A stretch of 64,000 nt of DNA from NCBI GenBank assembly GCA_043228905.1, contig JBHGNT010000007.1, forward strand, positions 3,658,001 to 3,722,000, read 5' to 3'. The stretch comes from Azolla caroliniana (taxonomy: Eukaryota > Plantae > Polypodiophyta). Positions within the stretch are counted from its first letter, which is position 1. Each line of letters opens with the position of its first letter. Made by a program: the position numbers and the translations under genes. The notes under the pieces were generated by a model, which saw only the letters and a list, made by a program, of their open reading frames with translations, was not told where the DNA came from and did not search any database. Below, piece after piece: positions 1 to 13,439 of the stretch.

Positions 1-1142
1 AGTATTACAATACGTGAGTGGCACAATGGATTACGACGTTCTTTATGCATGGGCCACACCAATACGACTCAAAGGGTACACAAATGCGGACTGGGAAGGC
101 TACAAAGCCGATCGACGATCGACCTCCGGATTTGTCTTCTCCCTCGGCAGCGGAGCGATTTCGTGGAGTAGCAAGAAGCAGCCTACTGTCGCTCTTTCGA
201 GTACGGAGGCGGAATACAGGGGCACAACCGTAGCTGCATGTGAAGTTGTATGGCTGAAGAGGATTTTGAAGGATCTAGGCGTTCGCATCAAGGATCCGAC
301 TCCCATTTACTACGACAACATGAGTAGTATATATCTGGCTTGGAACCCGGTGTTCCACACACGCACAAAGCATATCAAAGTGCACTATCACTTCATTTGA
401 GAGCGCGTACAGGCCGGAGATGTCGACCTTCAACACATCAACACGAATCTTCAGACGGCTGACATCTTCACCAAAGCCTTAGGAGTCGACAAGCTTCGAC
501 AATTCCTGTCAGACCTCGGATTGACGATTCCTAACTTGCCAAGCTTGAGGGGGAGTACAAGCAAGAACCGGATACCGTCCGAACCAGGTATTAGCCGAAG
601 CGGACACCGGAGATTGTCCGAACCGGATATCAACCGAAGCGGACATCAATCGAAAGGAACCAACCCGAGTTGAGCTTGAGGGGGCGTGTTGAGAATCAAG
701 CTTAACATAGCACAACGTGTGAACACATCTTTTGAGAATCTATGATTACTCAAAGGTCAAGAGTCACACCACTACTATCTACACATTAACTATGTGTCAT
801 AGAATCATATTCTATGACACATAACTAATGAGTTACATATTCCCCATGACTATGAGTCTTCACATTCCCCAAGAAAGAGAGTGGTTGTTGTAAGTTAATG
901 AAGAGAGAGGGTGACTCTATATAAAGCACCCTCCTCATACTTCATACTAAGTCGGTTGTGACTCCTTGTAATGCTACATTTTCATTTATCATATTCTCCT
1001 TGTTAATATACATCTCCTTCTTCTTGAGTACTTCATTTTGTCTCTTATCCATCTTGTGTTTCTCTCCTCTCCTCTTTCCTCTCACACATACACATAACAC
1101 ACATCTCTTCCGCGACACAAGAATCACCATTGATTCTTTACA
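1..1142 (+). mobile_element. Ty1/Copia 3' end: degenerate RNase H, 3' region, PPT and 3' LTR (687-1142)
   Basis: ORF 14-400 has RRSTSGFVF, SWSSKKQPTVALSSTEAEY and FHTRTKHI motifs, with a premature stop. PPT gagcttgagggggcg lies at 672-686. LTR TGTTGAGAATC...TCTTTACA is near-identical to the LTRs at 14926 and 54647. Confidence 0.93.
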
Positions 1143-2605
1143 CAGCTTCTCTAGATAGGAGAATCATTCTTCATGGTTCATCATGTGGTTGGAAGCCTCA
1201 GAATCCACATATCACACCTCGTTCGGCTTCGAGGTGCTCATCTTCATCGAGTTGGCTTTGTGCTCCATGACGAAGTCAGGACACAATACCAGCAATCGAT
1301 GACTTTATTTTGTCGGCTTTCGCCACCACCCTGACTACCCCTACTCATGGAGGGTCCACTATTGTCGGCACCTCCTCTCTGCCTCTGTGTACAACATCTT
1401 GTTGTCAGTTTACATCCTTGTTGATGCACCCGTGTGGTTTTCTTCAACGAGGAACATCGATTGCAACTTGAAGAAGGAAGAGGTGTTCTCCCTCGTGCAG
1501 ACCACCGTCTGGAATGATCTGAACTTCTGCACCAAACCTCTGAGGCAGATCTAGACCATCTCGTCCTCCTCGACAGTCACGTTGATGGAGGCGAGGGAGA
1601 CACAGATCTCCTTTATCTTTGAGGTGTAATCAGCCACTGACATATCTCTTTGTCGAACGTTCCTCAACCCTTGTATGAGTTGTAGCTTTCTGGCTGTGGT
1701 GTGGTGCTTGCTGCGAAAATATTCTTCAAATTTCCCCAAGCATCCTTTGGCGTTTTGGCATCCCGGATATAGCTTAGTAGTTGGTCGCTCACACTCGATG
1801 CGAAGCAATAAAGAACTATGCTTGCCACCTGTTCCCAAGCCTGAAAATCTCTGTGTGTCGAATCTAGTGCTGCATCATTAGCTCCTTCGACATAGCTCTA
1901 GTACACGTGTCTGAGTAGGTACTTGTGCATCTTGTATGCCCAAGATGCATAATTGCTCCTATTGAGCTTTTTTGTCGAAAGCGAGCTGCCCATAAGTCTA
2001 TCCATATTCCTATTGTTTGAAGAAGAAGACACTTCATCTCTGTATTGAAAGCACTTGTTGGAAGCAGAGGATGTTCGACCCTCACGCTCTAATACCATAA
2101 AAAGAATAAGATGCAGAAGCTTGTACACATGCGCAGTCAACTCAGCTGGATTGTAGCAACAGACTGTTCGGTAAACATAGAGAACGAAGACTACTCAATA
2201 TTAGAGAGAGAGAGAGAGAGAGAGAGAGCAAAACAACAGAAAACTTAATTCAAAATAATAGTGCTTTGTACATATGACTGTGATCAGTGAGCACTTTTAT
2301 ATGTCATGCCCTCACAACAGGTTGACACAAAGTACCGTCAGTACTTGAATGCTCATAAATGAGCCTGACACTAACTCGGCCCAAATATTCCCATTTACTA
2401 GCATAGGAATATAGGCCCCTAACGCTATAACTACCAAAATATTGCTAATACTAAGATTAGGAGCATAGGCTCTAACATCCTACCAACCTTATCCTAGGCT
2501 GCCCAACTATCGGCTTATTTAGCCGACGTAGGTTGTCGGCTTCTTCAGCCAACCAGCTAGCTAGCCTTTGGCCAATCCGGCTCATGTTGAGCTTGTCTCT
2601 CAACA
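1143..2605 (-). mobile_element. Decayed Copia 5' part: LTR ~2098-2605, PBS, gag remnant
   Basis: Gag fragments (KLNRSNYASWAYKMHKYL; TARKLQL...YTSKIKEIC). tRNA-iMet-type PBS tggtattagagc at 2086-2097 on the minus strand. LTR begins TGTTGAGAGACAAGCTCAACA on the minus strand, as does the solo LTR at 13509. Confidence 0.8.
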
Positions 2606-5600
2606 ACCTTAGTTGCCTCTTCCAAACCTTCCATCAAGTGCCGCTAACAATTGTAGGGTGTTCTATTATGGTTAAAGTGTGGCACCATTGTTTTGTGTGG
2701 TGCCATTCCCATGGAGGGAATTGTGTATTCTCTCCAAATACATAGTGTAATGGTCTCCTAAAGCATTTGTGAGGATGACATTCCTCTTGGATTTTGTGAC
2801 TATGGTGGTGAGTACTTAGAGCCTCATTGTTGAATCCTCCATGATCATCATTACGGAGCAAGCTTCAAAGTATGATAAACACAAATGACCTATTAGGAAG
2901 CTATGTAGTGCTACATCAAAAATGTTTCTTTGTAATCCCATTAGACATATTTGACCTTTGCGGATGATAATATTCCTTGATACATCATCTATATGCATAT
3001 GTATACATGTATGCATATACACACCCACACACAAGGAAAAAGGATTGAGCACAAAAGAAACCATAAATAAGAGAAGTGTGAAAGTATGTGCTTGACAAAG
3101 CAAATAAGGAAATTGAGTCAATATTACACACAATAAACCAAACCTTGTTATCAATCAATTGTCATAGATATTAAGCCTACATTCTAACAACACACAAGAA
3201 CATGGAAAATAATTTTCATGTGCTAGAGTGCAATGTAAACAAATTCCCTTTATAAATGGTATAGGAAATATCATACATCCCAACTAATTCAATCTAACAA
3301 TTTATTGCTTATACATGAACGAACTTTGGTACTACATATTTTAAATAAATAAATATGATGGTGATGTGGTAAGTTTTAAAGTGAAAAACATGGACGTGTG
3401 AATCTCGTTCTTCAACAAAAGGGTTCATTGTTTTTGACAAGGTAAATCAAAGAAATGAAATATTCTTTGCAACATTAGACTCATTGGTTTGTCAAAAATG
3501 TTAAAAACATTTGTTTGCATTAGGTTGGTTTGTTACTTGGCTCCATGTCCCAAAGATAGTTGGAAGTAAACTACATGTTGCAACCTTGAGGTCGTGGGCA
3601 CAATTCTCCAGCAATTGCAATTATGTCCATCCACGTTAGGAAATATTTGGTTTTGACATTGATTGATTCTTAGACTTTTTTCTGTTTTCCAAAGCAACCT
3701 CGAGGTTATTGGTTCAATTCATGAAAAATGGCTCTAATGTCCCATCCATTTAAAGAAATATATATTCTTGGCATTGCTTCATTATTACATTGCTCGATGC
3801 CTAGATGTCAATACATTTGAAAGCATACAATGGACAAATCTCTCCATAAATAGGCTTTGCAATTCCGCATTTCACAACCCATTGATTAAAACGAGAACAT
3901 TACCAGGTTTTAAATGCTTACGATCTTTTTAATTGGGGATTGTGCACACTAACAAGTTCACTCCTAAAATATTGGTTTTATGTATTTGAAGGGGTGCATA
4001 CCAACCAACATATCACATGGCCTAGGAAAAGAATGTGGCGTGTTACCGAAAAGGAGATGTGATTGTATGAAACTTAAATGCAAAGGAGACGACCTAGTTT
4101 CTACGATAATAAAATCATAAGAAAAGATAATCACCTCTAATTCAACTTTAGGATTTAATGTCAACGACCTATTGACAATATGTATTAGCCTCTTTTGCAT
4201 GCAGGTTTTAGCCATGGTGGCCTATGCACAACCTTTTGGAGTACTTAAGACTATTAAAGAAAAAATAGCCACAAACACATTCATGCATCGACTACCACAT
4301 AACCCATGTTGGTGTTTAGAACTAACATATATATACCCATTTCCATTTTTTTGCATAAACACCCTTAGATCCTACCCCAATGGATCAAAACTAACATCAA
4401 CATTCCACCTCCTTAAAAACACTGAAGATGATTGTGATCAATGTATTTGAAACATTGAAGAGTGTTTGTACTATGAATAAAGCAATAGAACTTATATATG
4501 GTATAAATGTGAAGTATAATGCAACTAGGGTGATTGGTGAAACATAATTACACCATTAAAACCAAATAAGTAAAGTTTGTCATATATTTAAACATTCATT
4601 TATTAGAGTTTATGCATCTTCATTCCTCTACTTTAAACCTAGTTATGGTTTATTACAATAACCCATTGTTTATTGTGTGCTATGTAGCATACGAAATAGA
4701 AATTCATTTCTTGCCTCTATTTGTAGAAAAGATATGTCAAAACAAGTGTCATCTAAAAAGTGAGTGATGTAATCCACGTGAAAGATGCGCTATACATACA
4801 ATTCCACCTCTTAAGGTTAATAAATCGATAGGTTTTTAGTAGGATCGTGTGTGTTGTAATGAAAACAAAAAATCTTAACTGGCAAGTTCCCATGATAAAA
4901 TTGACTCCTAAATAAATTTGGCTTCTCCTAAATGATTGCTCTATTGATATCCCAAAATTACAATAAGTTCTTGAATATCTTCGTATTGCCTATCTTTATA
5001 GAAGGGAACGCCATTAAGCGTGATATAATACTTTTTGAAAGTGCATTAATATCTTGGATATGGTATCAATATGTGATAGCCCAAGACCTATAAGGACTAA
5101 AATGCCAATGCACATGCAAGTTGGAAAGTTGGCAGCTAATAATTCCAATATTGTTTGTTGGCACATCAAAAGCATAAGAGAATACATTGTCTGCTTAAGC
5201 ATTGGCAAGTTGCATCATGATGCACTAGTAATGCAACACAAGTAGGGCCTAATGGTATGTTGAGTGTATTTTTGATCTTGCATTAAAATGTTAGTCACCG
5301 ACTAACAATAATCGGTGTTGTACAATTCAAACTAAGCTTCTACACAACAGATTGGATGTCACTCTTATGGACTCATTGCATTTAGCACACCTAGCAATGA
5401 GAGTTATATGGATGGAGAAGACCATGTAAAATTACAACCATATTTGTCAACTTTATCAAACCAAATAAGGCATAAGATACAAATCATTCAAGTCATATTT
5501 CAGAAAGTGGGAGTAGAACTATATGCATATAGTGACAATCAAGTTATCCCAAATGCCTCTTAGTTGCATTCATACAATGATAATGTTAGTGTGATCGATA

Positions 5601-6449
5601 AGGGGTTCATTAAGGGTACATAGATTAGATAGAAATAATTTTATCAAAATTTGACAAGGGATCAAAGTGTGAAGGACTCATTATAAAGGATGGGGGTGTT
5701 AAGGAAACCCCATGATCAAATTACCAAGGACACATATTCTTCATTATAGACACACAATTGGAAGATAAGGATGTGATAAAATTAAAATAAGCACACACAC
5801 ACACACACACACACATCTCTCTCTCAAATGTGATTGCAAGCAAACAGCATAGGACACACAAATATGTGAGGATAAAGAAAAAATAGAAAGGACACAGGTG
5901 AAAGAGTCATTGGGGAATACATAAGCACCCAATAAACGATTGCAACAATGATCACATGTAGTGCAAGGGCATAAAGAAGCACCTAATTTTAAAGAATCAA
6001 GTTTGGTGTATGTAAAAGATAAAGATAATCATGTGAATGAGAGAGAAGCAAAAAGATTTGATAGTGAAGGCCAAAGGGTCCCTCTCTCTTTTGTCTTCCA
6101 CGGGGGCTATGAGTAAACTAAAAACAAGGAAGTGAGAGATTGGGACGACACTTTGCTTGGTTGGGTGTAGTAGGAAGTCAATAAAGTGGAGACATGATAC
6201 AATAGTCGAGCTACGACAGTGCGAGAAACATTTAAGACGCGCGGCGAGGGGTCTCACATGATACACAAGATGATCGACCTAGAGTCCCAACTACACAATT
6301 GCGGGCGCATTTAAGGCACAACGCGTCACGTTGCTTTTTTTTATTTAGAGACTTGAGTACACTATTCTTCTTTTCTACGAGCGAGAGAGAAGACCCTATG
6401 GGCCCCAACACCCAAGTGTCTCCCTTAGGCCTTAAGCCTGGTTCCTCAT

Positions 6450-6457
6450 TATAAAAA
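6450..6457 (+). promoter_or_regulatory. Candidate TATA box of the Gly-rich protein gene
   Basis: TATAAAAA about 130 bp upstream of ATG 6587. Confidence 0.5.
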
Positions 6458-6586
6458 GGGACCAAGGGGGGGGCCTTTAAACACCAATCATGAGTCAATG
6501 CTCACCAACAACACCAATATCACTTAAATCTTGAGCTTCTTTCAAACTTGAGTGATCAAGTCATTTCGTTACCCCCTCGCTCCCAA

Positions 6587-7402
6587 ATGACTTCACTAAA
6601 CCTAGGCAAGGTGGCCATGCTACCAAATGTCCTCTTCCTCCTCCTAGTGGTGGTGGCCGCCTCGGGATGGGCGGCATCGGCCGAGAAAACCGACACCAAA
6701 CCCAGCTCAAAACCCGCAACCAAAGTGACCAAATTCGAGACCTATGACCTCTTCCAAGAGGTATCCTCCACCACCGTCTCCACGGAGTCTACCAGTACCG
6801 ACTCCTCCTCTTCCGCCAAGACGGCCGCCGTTTACGGCGCCGAATACGTCGTCTGCAAGCCCCTCGCTGGAACCGCCTGCGCCAACAAGCGGCTCCAGTG
6901 CCCTGCGGCCTGCGTGAACAGCTTCTACGGCGGCGGGTACTCGTACGGCAGCGGAGGCGGCGGATACGGTAGCGGAGGCGGGGGATACGGTAGTGGAGGC
7001 GGAGGATACGGAAGCGGAGGCGGGGGATACGGTAGCGGAGGCGGCGGATACGGTAGCGGAGGAGGCGGATACGGTAGCGGAGGAGGCGGATACGGTAGCG
7101 GAGGCGGAGGATACGGTAGTGGAGGCGGAGGATACGGTAGCGGAGGCGGCGGATACGGTAGCGGAAGCGGTGGATACGGAAACGGAAACGGAAACGGAGG
7201 TTACGGGCGTAGATATGGGGGCGGAAACGGCGGAGGATATGGAAACGGCGGCGGGTATGGAAATGGAGGCGGTGGAGGCGGAGGTGGAGGATACGGCGGC
7301 GGCGGCGGCGGCGGCGGAGGAGGCGGAGGATACGGTGGCGGCGCGCTCTTCGCGTGCTCCTACAGCTGCAGTAGCGGCTGCACGGCTTCCTGCGCAGCTT
7401 AG
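6587..7402 (+). CDS. Secreted glycine-rich, 8-Cys putative cell-wall protein (271 aa, intronless)
   Basis: First in-frame ATG is at 6587 (alternative 6617). Hydrophobic signal peptide VLFLLLVVVAASGWAASA, Ser/Thr/Lys linker, C-x7-C-x6-CP-x2-C, long Gly/Tyr repeat, then C-x3-C-x3-C-x3-C. GC-rich ORF in AT-rich flanks. Confidence 0.9.
   Translation: MTSLNLGKVAMLPNVLFLLLVVVAASGWAASAEKTDTKPSSKPATKVTKFETYDLFQEVSSTTVSTESTSTDSSSSAKTAAVYGAEYVVCKPLAGTACANKRLQCPAACVNSFYGGGYSYGSGGGGYGSGGGGYGSGGGGYGSGGGGYGSGGGGYGSGGGGYGSGGGGYGSGGGGYGSGGGGYGSGGGGYGSGSGGYGNGNGNGGYGRRYGGGNGGGYGNGGGYGNGGGGGGGGGYGGGGGGGGGGGGYGGGALFACSYSCSSGCTASCAA
6944..7174 (+). repeat. 21-bp coding tandem repeat, 11 units (YGSGGGG x10 plus YGSGSGG)
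   Basis: Units read directly, e.g. tacggtagcggaggcggcgga. Variation is almost entirely synonymous. Confidence 0.97.
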
Positions 7403-9562
7403 GCTGTGGGGGGAGCTTCGGAACCGATCCAAACCGATCCGAAAAGCTTTCAGTCTTTTTTCTCTCTTCCTTAGTAACCAATGCCCTTCCTCCATACAAT
7501 ATATGTATATGCCAATGCATGATGGTGTCTTTATGTGCGTGTGTGTGTTTCTCTATTGTTATTGTCTGTTTAACAGTTTATGTTATGATGATGGAGCTTG
7601 CTCCTAATCAATCTCCAACCTTCATTTACATATATACCATATTCAAACATCTCCCCCCCTAATTTTTAATAAAGAGGTTTATCGATCAATGTTTCTTGCC
7701 ATCTCCTATGGGGGTGTATTTCTTGTTTGCCGTCGATTTTAGTCTTATTCGATCGTAGCCATAGCTTGCCCTAGTCGCACTTTGTGGTTTGTGTGGAAGA
7801 TTTGTGCTTGAATATATCAGTGTCTCTCTCTCTCTGAGGGTGTGCTTCTTTTTGTCCTCCAAACGCATCTTTTTAATAATACTCTCACCATCTCTCCAAA
7901 CTTAACTGATATACTTAACGTTAAACACAAGGTGGACCATGGGTTAACTCCCCATATGACGCAGATCACACATTGCCAATGCCCACATTTTCTTACCCTC
8001 TCCCTTAATTCACAAATATATCATCACCCATGCGTCCTACATAGATGGATATATTTCTCATGCATGACTCAACATAGAATCATTGGAAAAATACTTACCT
8101 CTTCACATAAGCTAATAATGGGGACACTTGTAGATGAGAGAAAGTGACATACAATAAGCTACATTGAGAATGACATAGAATTGGAGGAATGCTACATTTG
8201 TATATATTTGAGGCAAATACCACATCTATTCCATGATGGGTTTGTACCATTACATTATGTCTTGCAATTCTATGAAGAAGTGTTTCAAATTATAGTTTAT
8301 GGAACTTCTAAGGTACACATCAACCATATTGAAAGAGGGCACTCCAACACTCATTGAGACATTGTATGGCCATCAACCTTTAAATGCATCCTCCATATAC
8401 CACATACAATGTGGCCCACATCTTGCTTAAGCCCAAATGGAGTATTTACAAGAGATGAAAATAAGTTCATCTAGAATTGGGACTCTCTTTAGAGAAAGCT
8501 AAAGAATTGAAAGTTATGGAATGCCCAAGATCACAAGACTGAGACTCCATAAATAAAAGAACTATCATTAGCAAGCATCGAAGGCTTTCAGTTGCGATTA
8601 CTCAAGCATAATAACTTAATTGAAATGAGTTTTCACTAGGATTTTTGGACAAACTCATAGTTGTCAAACCATCTTAACAATGGCCCCATCTCATAGATCA
8701 CAATCGGTCTCTTGTTGACATTAAAAAATATCTTCTTTAGTTCTTTGTCTCTCTATGAATGAAGGCCTTTTACTTTCAAAGTCAATATTTCATGGTTTAG
8801 GAAAGATATGGAGGCTCATGTTTTACACATTATATTATATATGTTGTCCCCAACTACAAAACCATCTTCTTTTGCAACGGGAAAACTACATTCGTTGGTA
8901 CATGCTTCAACCCACCCTTTGTCCACCTTTTGCACCATTGGTTCCAAATGAGTTTACCATATTCTCTTTGACACAAGATGGGACATTGGGGCACAAATTT
9001 CCTTGACGATCATATATATTTCTTGTTGAGAATCAAGCTCAACTTGGTTTAGTGTGTGAACTCACCTTGAGAGTGAAGAGACACTCCAACAGTCAAGAGT
9101 CACCATTATGTCACCACTTTGTATTCTAGCATTTAGTATGAGCCGTATAATCATATTCTATGACACATAGCTTATGAGCTTTCACATTCCCCATGCTCCA
9201 TGAGTCTTGTAGTTAATGAAGAGAGAGGGTGACTACATAAAGCACCCTCCTCCCACCTTGTATAATGTTGAGTCTTTCTCCTTTGTTAATATACTTTTAC
9301 CTTGCGTATTCTCTGTGTTTCACTCACTCTCTCTCTCTCTCTCTTACACACACACATAACTCACATCTCTTCCGCTTCACAAGAATCCATCTCTTGATTC
9401 TTTACATGGTATCAGAGCGATTTGGTAACTCGATCTAGCCCATTCGCCTCATCGTGATTGTGTGTTGTGCTCTACGGCGACAACCAAGAACTGGCTCATA
9501 GCTATCGTAGCTTCGCTACATAGCTCGCATTCGAAGAGAGAAGAAGAAGAAGAATCGACATA

Positions 9563-12375
9563 ATGAATACTCAAATGGGGAGCGCTCTCCCTACCGAGAA
9601 GTTGGATCGAAACAACTTCGCATCTTGGGAGTACAAGATGCACAAATACCTTGTCGGACAAGGCTATTGGAGCTACATCAAAGGAGCGCAAGAAGACCGA
9701 CCCGCCGAAGCGGCTCCCGGATACGCGACATGGGAGCAAGCCGCAAGCCGCGTGATGTATTGTTTGGCAACATGTGTTCACGACCACATGCTCGGTTACA
9801 TTCGAGAAGCCAAGACACCGAAGGAAGCGTGGGAAAATCTACGAAAGATTTTCGCCGCCAACACGACCGCGAGGAAGCTTCAACTCCGCCAAGAGTTGAA
9901 CAACATTCAACAACGGGACATGTCCATCACAACATACACCTTGAAGATCAAGGAGCTTTGTGACTCGCTTGGCTCAATAAGCGTAAGTATAGATGATGAT
10001 GAGATGGTGCAAATATGCCTCGGCGGCCTCGCACCACGGTTCGGCGCGATGTGAACCGCCGTTCTAGCACGGGAGAAATCTCCCTCCTTCTTCGAGCTCC
10101 AATCAGTCGGAAAGCCACATGCTCTACACACACTCTAATGGAGGAAGAGGACGCGGACAAGCGAGAGGCCGATTCGGCCAAGGACAAGGCGGACGAGGTC
10201 CGACCTACGACAACAACTCCCAATTTCGGCCGCAAAACGGAGGCCAACGAGGAACCTTCGCAAGAAGGGGGAGCTTCCACTCCGGCCCAAGCCATCAAAA
10301 CGCAACCGAATGTGGATATTGCGGAAACCTCGGCTACCACGAAGAAGAGTGCCGAAAGAAGATGCGTGAATCGACTTCCACAAGATGACAACTCACGAAT
10401 TACGCACACAACTCCGACTACGAAGATCGTGGCGGAATGTATGCGCACAACTCCGACCGTGGCGGAATGTTCATGATGAAACATAGAGCAAACTCTATGT
10501 CAGCCGCTACCTCAACTAGTGCCTCTGGTCCGGAAGACGTATGGTTCGTCTATTCCGGTGCCTCGAACCATATGACATCGCATCAAGAATGGTTCCGAGA
10601 ACTTCGGGAGCCGGACTGACCCGGCTATGTTGAAACCGGAGATGACACTACGCACCCGATTTGGCACATCGGCAATGTTCCGTTCGAAAAAGAAGGTAAG
10701 CAAATTTACATTAAAAATGTCTTGCATTTACCAACCATTACGAAGAATTTGGTCTTCGTCGGCCAAATTGTAGAGCAAGGGATGCAAGTTCGATTTAATC
10801 AAGGCGGTTGCTTCATCGAAAAAGAGGGCCGACTCATCGCACGCGGACGAAGAGAGGGCCGGATGTTCATTCTCGATTCACGCGAGATAAAATCCGCCAT
10901 GTTCGCGAAAAACACGAAAGCTGACTCCGACATAGAGCTATGGCACAAGCGAATCGGCCACATCAATCTCAACAAACTCAAAGCAATGAAATCAAAAGGA
11001 GTCGTCATCGGACTCCCGACATTCAAAGAGAAAGATATTGAAGGTGTATGCAAAGCGTGCCAATTCGGTAAGCAACACCGACACCCATTCCTGAAAGAGC
11101 AGAACGTGAGCAAAGGTCTACTCGACGTAGTCCATTCCGACGTATGGGGACCGGCGCAGACGGTTACATTCAGCGGATGCCGATATTACGTGCTCTTCAT
11201 CGACGACTTCTCTAGGCACACTTGGATCTACCCGATGCGGCAAAAGAGCGAAGTGTTCAGACACTTCCAAAATTTCAAGAATGAAGTCGAGAAAGCCACG
11301 GGCTGACATGTACGATGCCTTCAATCGGATGGCGGCAAGGAGTACTTCTTGGACGATTTCACGGCGTATCTCTGAAAGGAAGGAATTCGGCGAGAATTCA
11401 CTTGCCGACACACTCCGCAACAAAACGGAGTAGCCGAGCGCAAAAAACAGCTTATCCTCGAAGTAGCGCGGGCCATGATGAACGAGAAGCATATGCCCAA
11501 GTCATGCCGAAGCTGCAAATACGGCCGTCTACCTAATGAACCGGTGCACAACATCCGGCGTGCACGAGGTCACTCCGCACGAAAAATACTTCGGAAAGAA
11601 GCCGGACTTATCGCACATCCGGATATTCGGCGCGATAGCGTACGTGCACATCCCCGACGAGAAGCGTCAAAAGCTTGTCCCAAAGTCGGAGAAATGTATC
11701 CTCGTAGGATACTCACTCGAACAAAAGGGGTACAAGTGCTACAACCCCTCAACTCGAAAATCTCGAGTAAGTCGAGACGTCGTTTTTGACGAGTCCGCAT
11801 CCTGGTACGCACTAGAGACAACTTCGCCTCTGACTCCGCTCGACCTGGAATCTGCCGAATAAGAGATACAGGATGAAGATCGCCTTACGCGCATGTTCGA
11901 AGAAAGTCCGATCACGACCCAACTGAGCGGACCACAAGAGCCTTTGAGCGATCAAAGCACATCACGGCCTAGCTCGAAGATGGACAAAGGCAAGTGAAAA
12001 ATGGCGGAATACGTAGACGATCACTTCGACGACGATGCGTCGACTCACTCACTCGACAGTGAGTTCGGCGGCTTCGATGTACCAATTGGAGATAAGAAAG
12101 CCCTCATCTCTGCAAATGAAAAGCTCCGTCGCTGCACCCGTGAAAAGAATCCGGTTAACCGATTCGGCTACAATGATTACATGGCATATAACTATGCCTT
12201 TATGATGAAGGTGGCGATAGTACGCGAGCCGGAAACATTCTCCGAAGCAGCCAAGGATCCGCGATGGATCGAAGCCATGAACGAGGAGATGCAGGCACTA
12301 CGCAAGAATGAGACATAGGATCTCGTTCCCATCTCACCACACAAAAAGGCGATCGGATGCAGATGGATTTACAAG
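9563..12375 (+). pseudogene. gag-pol: A1 gag-protease-integrase, ending at the start of RT
   Basis: Gag, zinc knuckle CGYCGNLGYHEEEC, protease W..SGASNHMT, LWHKRIGH, VHSDVWGP. Several stops and frameshifts. Ends after AIGCRWIYK. Confidence 0.92.
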
Positions 12376-12689
12376 AGAGAGAGAGATAGATGATGACAGT
12401 AGCTAATATATTATGTGAAAAGATAAGTACAAACCGGCTGAGAGGCTTAAGACTGGCGTTGAACCAATTTGGTTCAACATAATGCTTAGTGCCTTCTTTT
12501 ATAGTGTTGTCAAGAGTAATCTTGAAACTTCTAGAATGTTCCAGAGAAATCTGGAATATACATTACTTTCTTATAATAAAACATAAATGAAAATAATATC
12601 CTATGAATTACAATAGATGGTGTGATGGTTAAGAGCTCGACCCATATACCATAAGGTCATGGGTTCGAGTCTTGCCATATCATGATACA
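12376..12689 (-). mobile_element. Partial LTR of a relative of chromovirus G, inside A1
   Basis: Aligns by eye to 36925-37234 (gttgaaccaatttggttcaa, cttctagaatgttccagaga, gagctcgacccat, gtcatgggttcgagtcttgccat). Confidence 0.9.
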
Positions 12690-13140
12690 TTTAGTGTGAG
12701 TCATATAATCATATTCTATGACACATAGCTTATGAGCTTTCACATTCCCCATGCTCCATGAGTCTTGTAGTTAATGAAGAGAGAGGGTGACTACATAAAG
12801 TACCCTCCTCCCACCTTGTATAATGTTGAGTCTTTCTCCTTTGTCAATATACTTTTACCTTGCGTATTCTCTGTGTTTCACTCACTCTCTCTCTCTCTCT
12901 TACACACACACACATAACTCACATCTCTTCCACTTCACAAGAATCCATCTCTTGATTCTTTACATTTCTCCTTGAACAAGTTTGAGAGTATGGATGTTAC
13001 ACTTTCATACAATGCTATATCTTTGACCACATTCGAGTTTGCCTTCCACATATTGTCAATTTGGTCTACTCCATTCCGCTGATAATATCTTAAAATGTTC
13101 CAAATTTTGTCTCATGGACCTCTAAGGTTGATAATAAAAT

Positions 13141-13144
<4 letters not shown>

Positions 13145-13176
<32 letters not shown>

Positions 13177-13204
13177 GTATGTATGTATGTATGTGTGTGT
13201 GTGT
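13145..13204. repeat. Compound microsatellite (CT)n(ATGT)n(GT)n
   Basis: Read directly. Confidence 0.9.
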
Positions 13205-13439
13205 ACACTAAAAAATATTTCCAGAGGATAATATTGGATGCTAACAAACTTCTAGTTAAACTAATAAGAGCTTCAAATCTATTACACGAGATCATCAAGA
13301 CTAGAAGTAAGGATGCTCAAGAAAAGTGACAGAGGACAAAATGGGGACTAATAGCCTTACAACGACTCCAACATAAATACCTGTCATGTAGCTGGATCGT
13401 GGGACAAGTTGCCATGGCCAAACAAGAACTCATCATGAC

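Larger units (their letters stand above)
9024..12964 (+). mobile_element. Copia A1, internally deleted and non-autonomous
   Basis: TSD TTTCT (9019-9023 / 12965-12969). 5' LTR 9024-9406, PBS tggtatcagagc 9407-9418, 5'-truncated 3' LTR ~12690-12964. Confidence 0.95.

Noticed and set aside
3555-3725. Two decayed SINE-like motifs (caacc..gaggt....gg..caatt)
   Set aside because: Boxes are too degenerate, and no tail or TSD is visible.
2606-5750. Short ORFs or possible old TE remnants in AT-rich DNA
   Set aside because: No recognisable domains or termini.
6944-7174. CRISPR-like periodicity
   Set aside because: Head-to-tail coding repeat with no spacers, in a eukaryotic context.
6707-7607. Long Arg-rich, Ser/Ala-rich and Glu/Ala-rich ORFs overlapping the Gly-rich gene
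   Set aside because: Shadow frames of the 21-bp GC-rich repeat. Only the 6587 frame has a signal peptide and Cys pattern.
7900-9018. Possible very old Gypsy pol remnant
   Set aside because: Only faint motif resemblance, not supportable without an HMM search.
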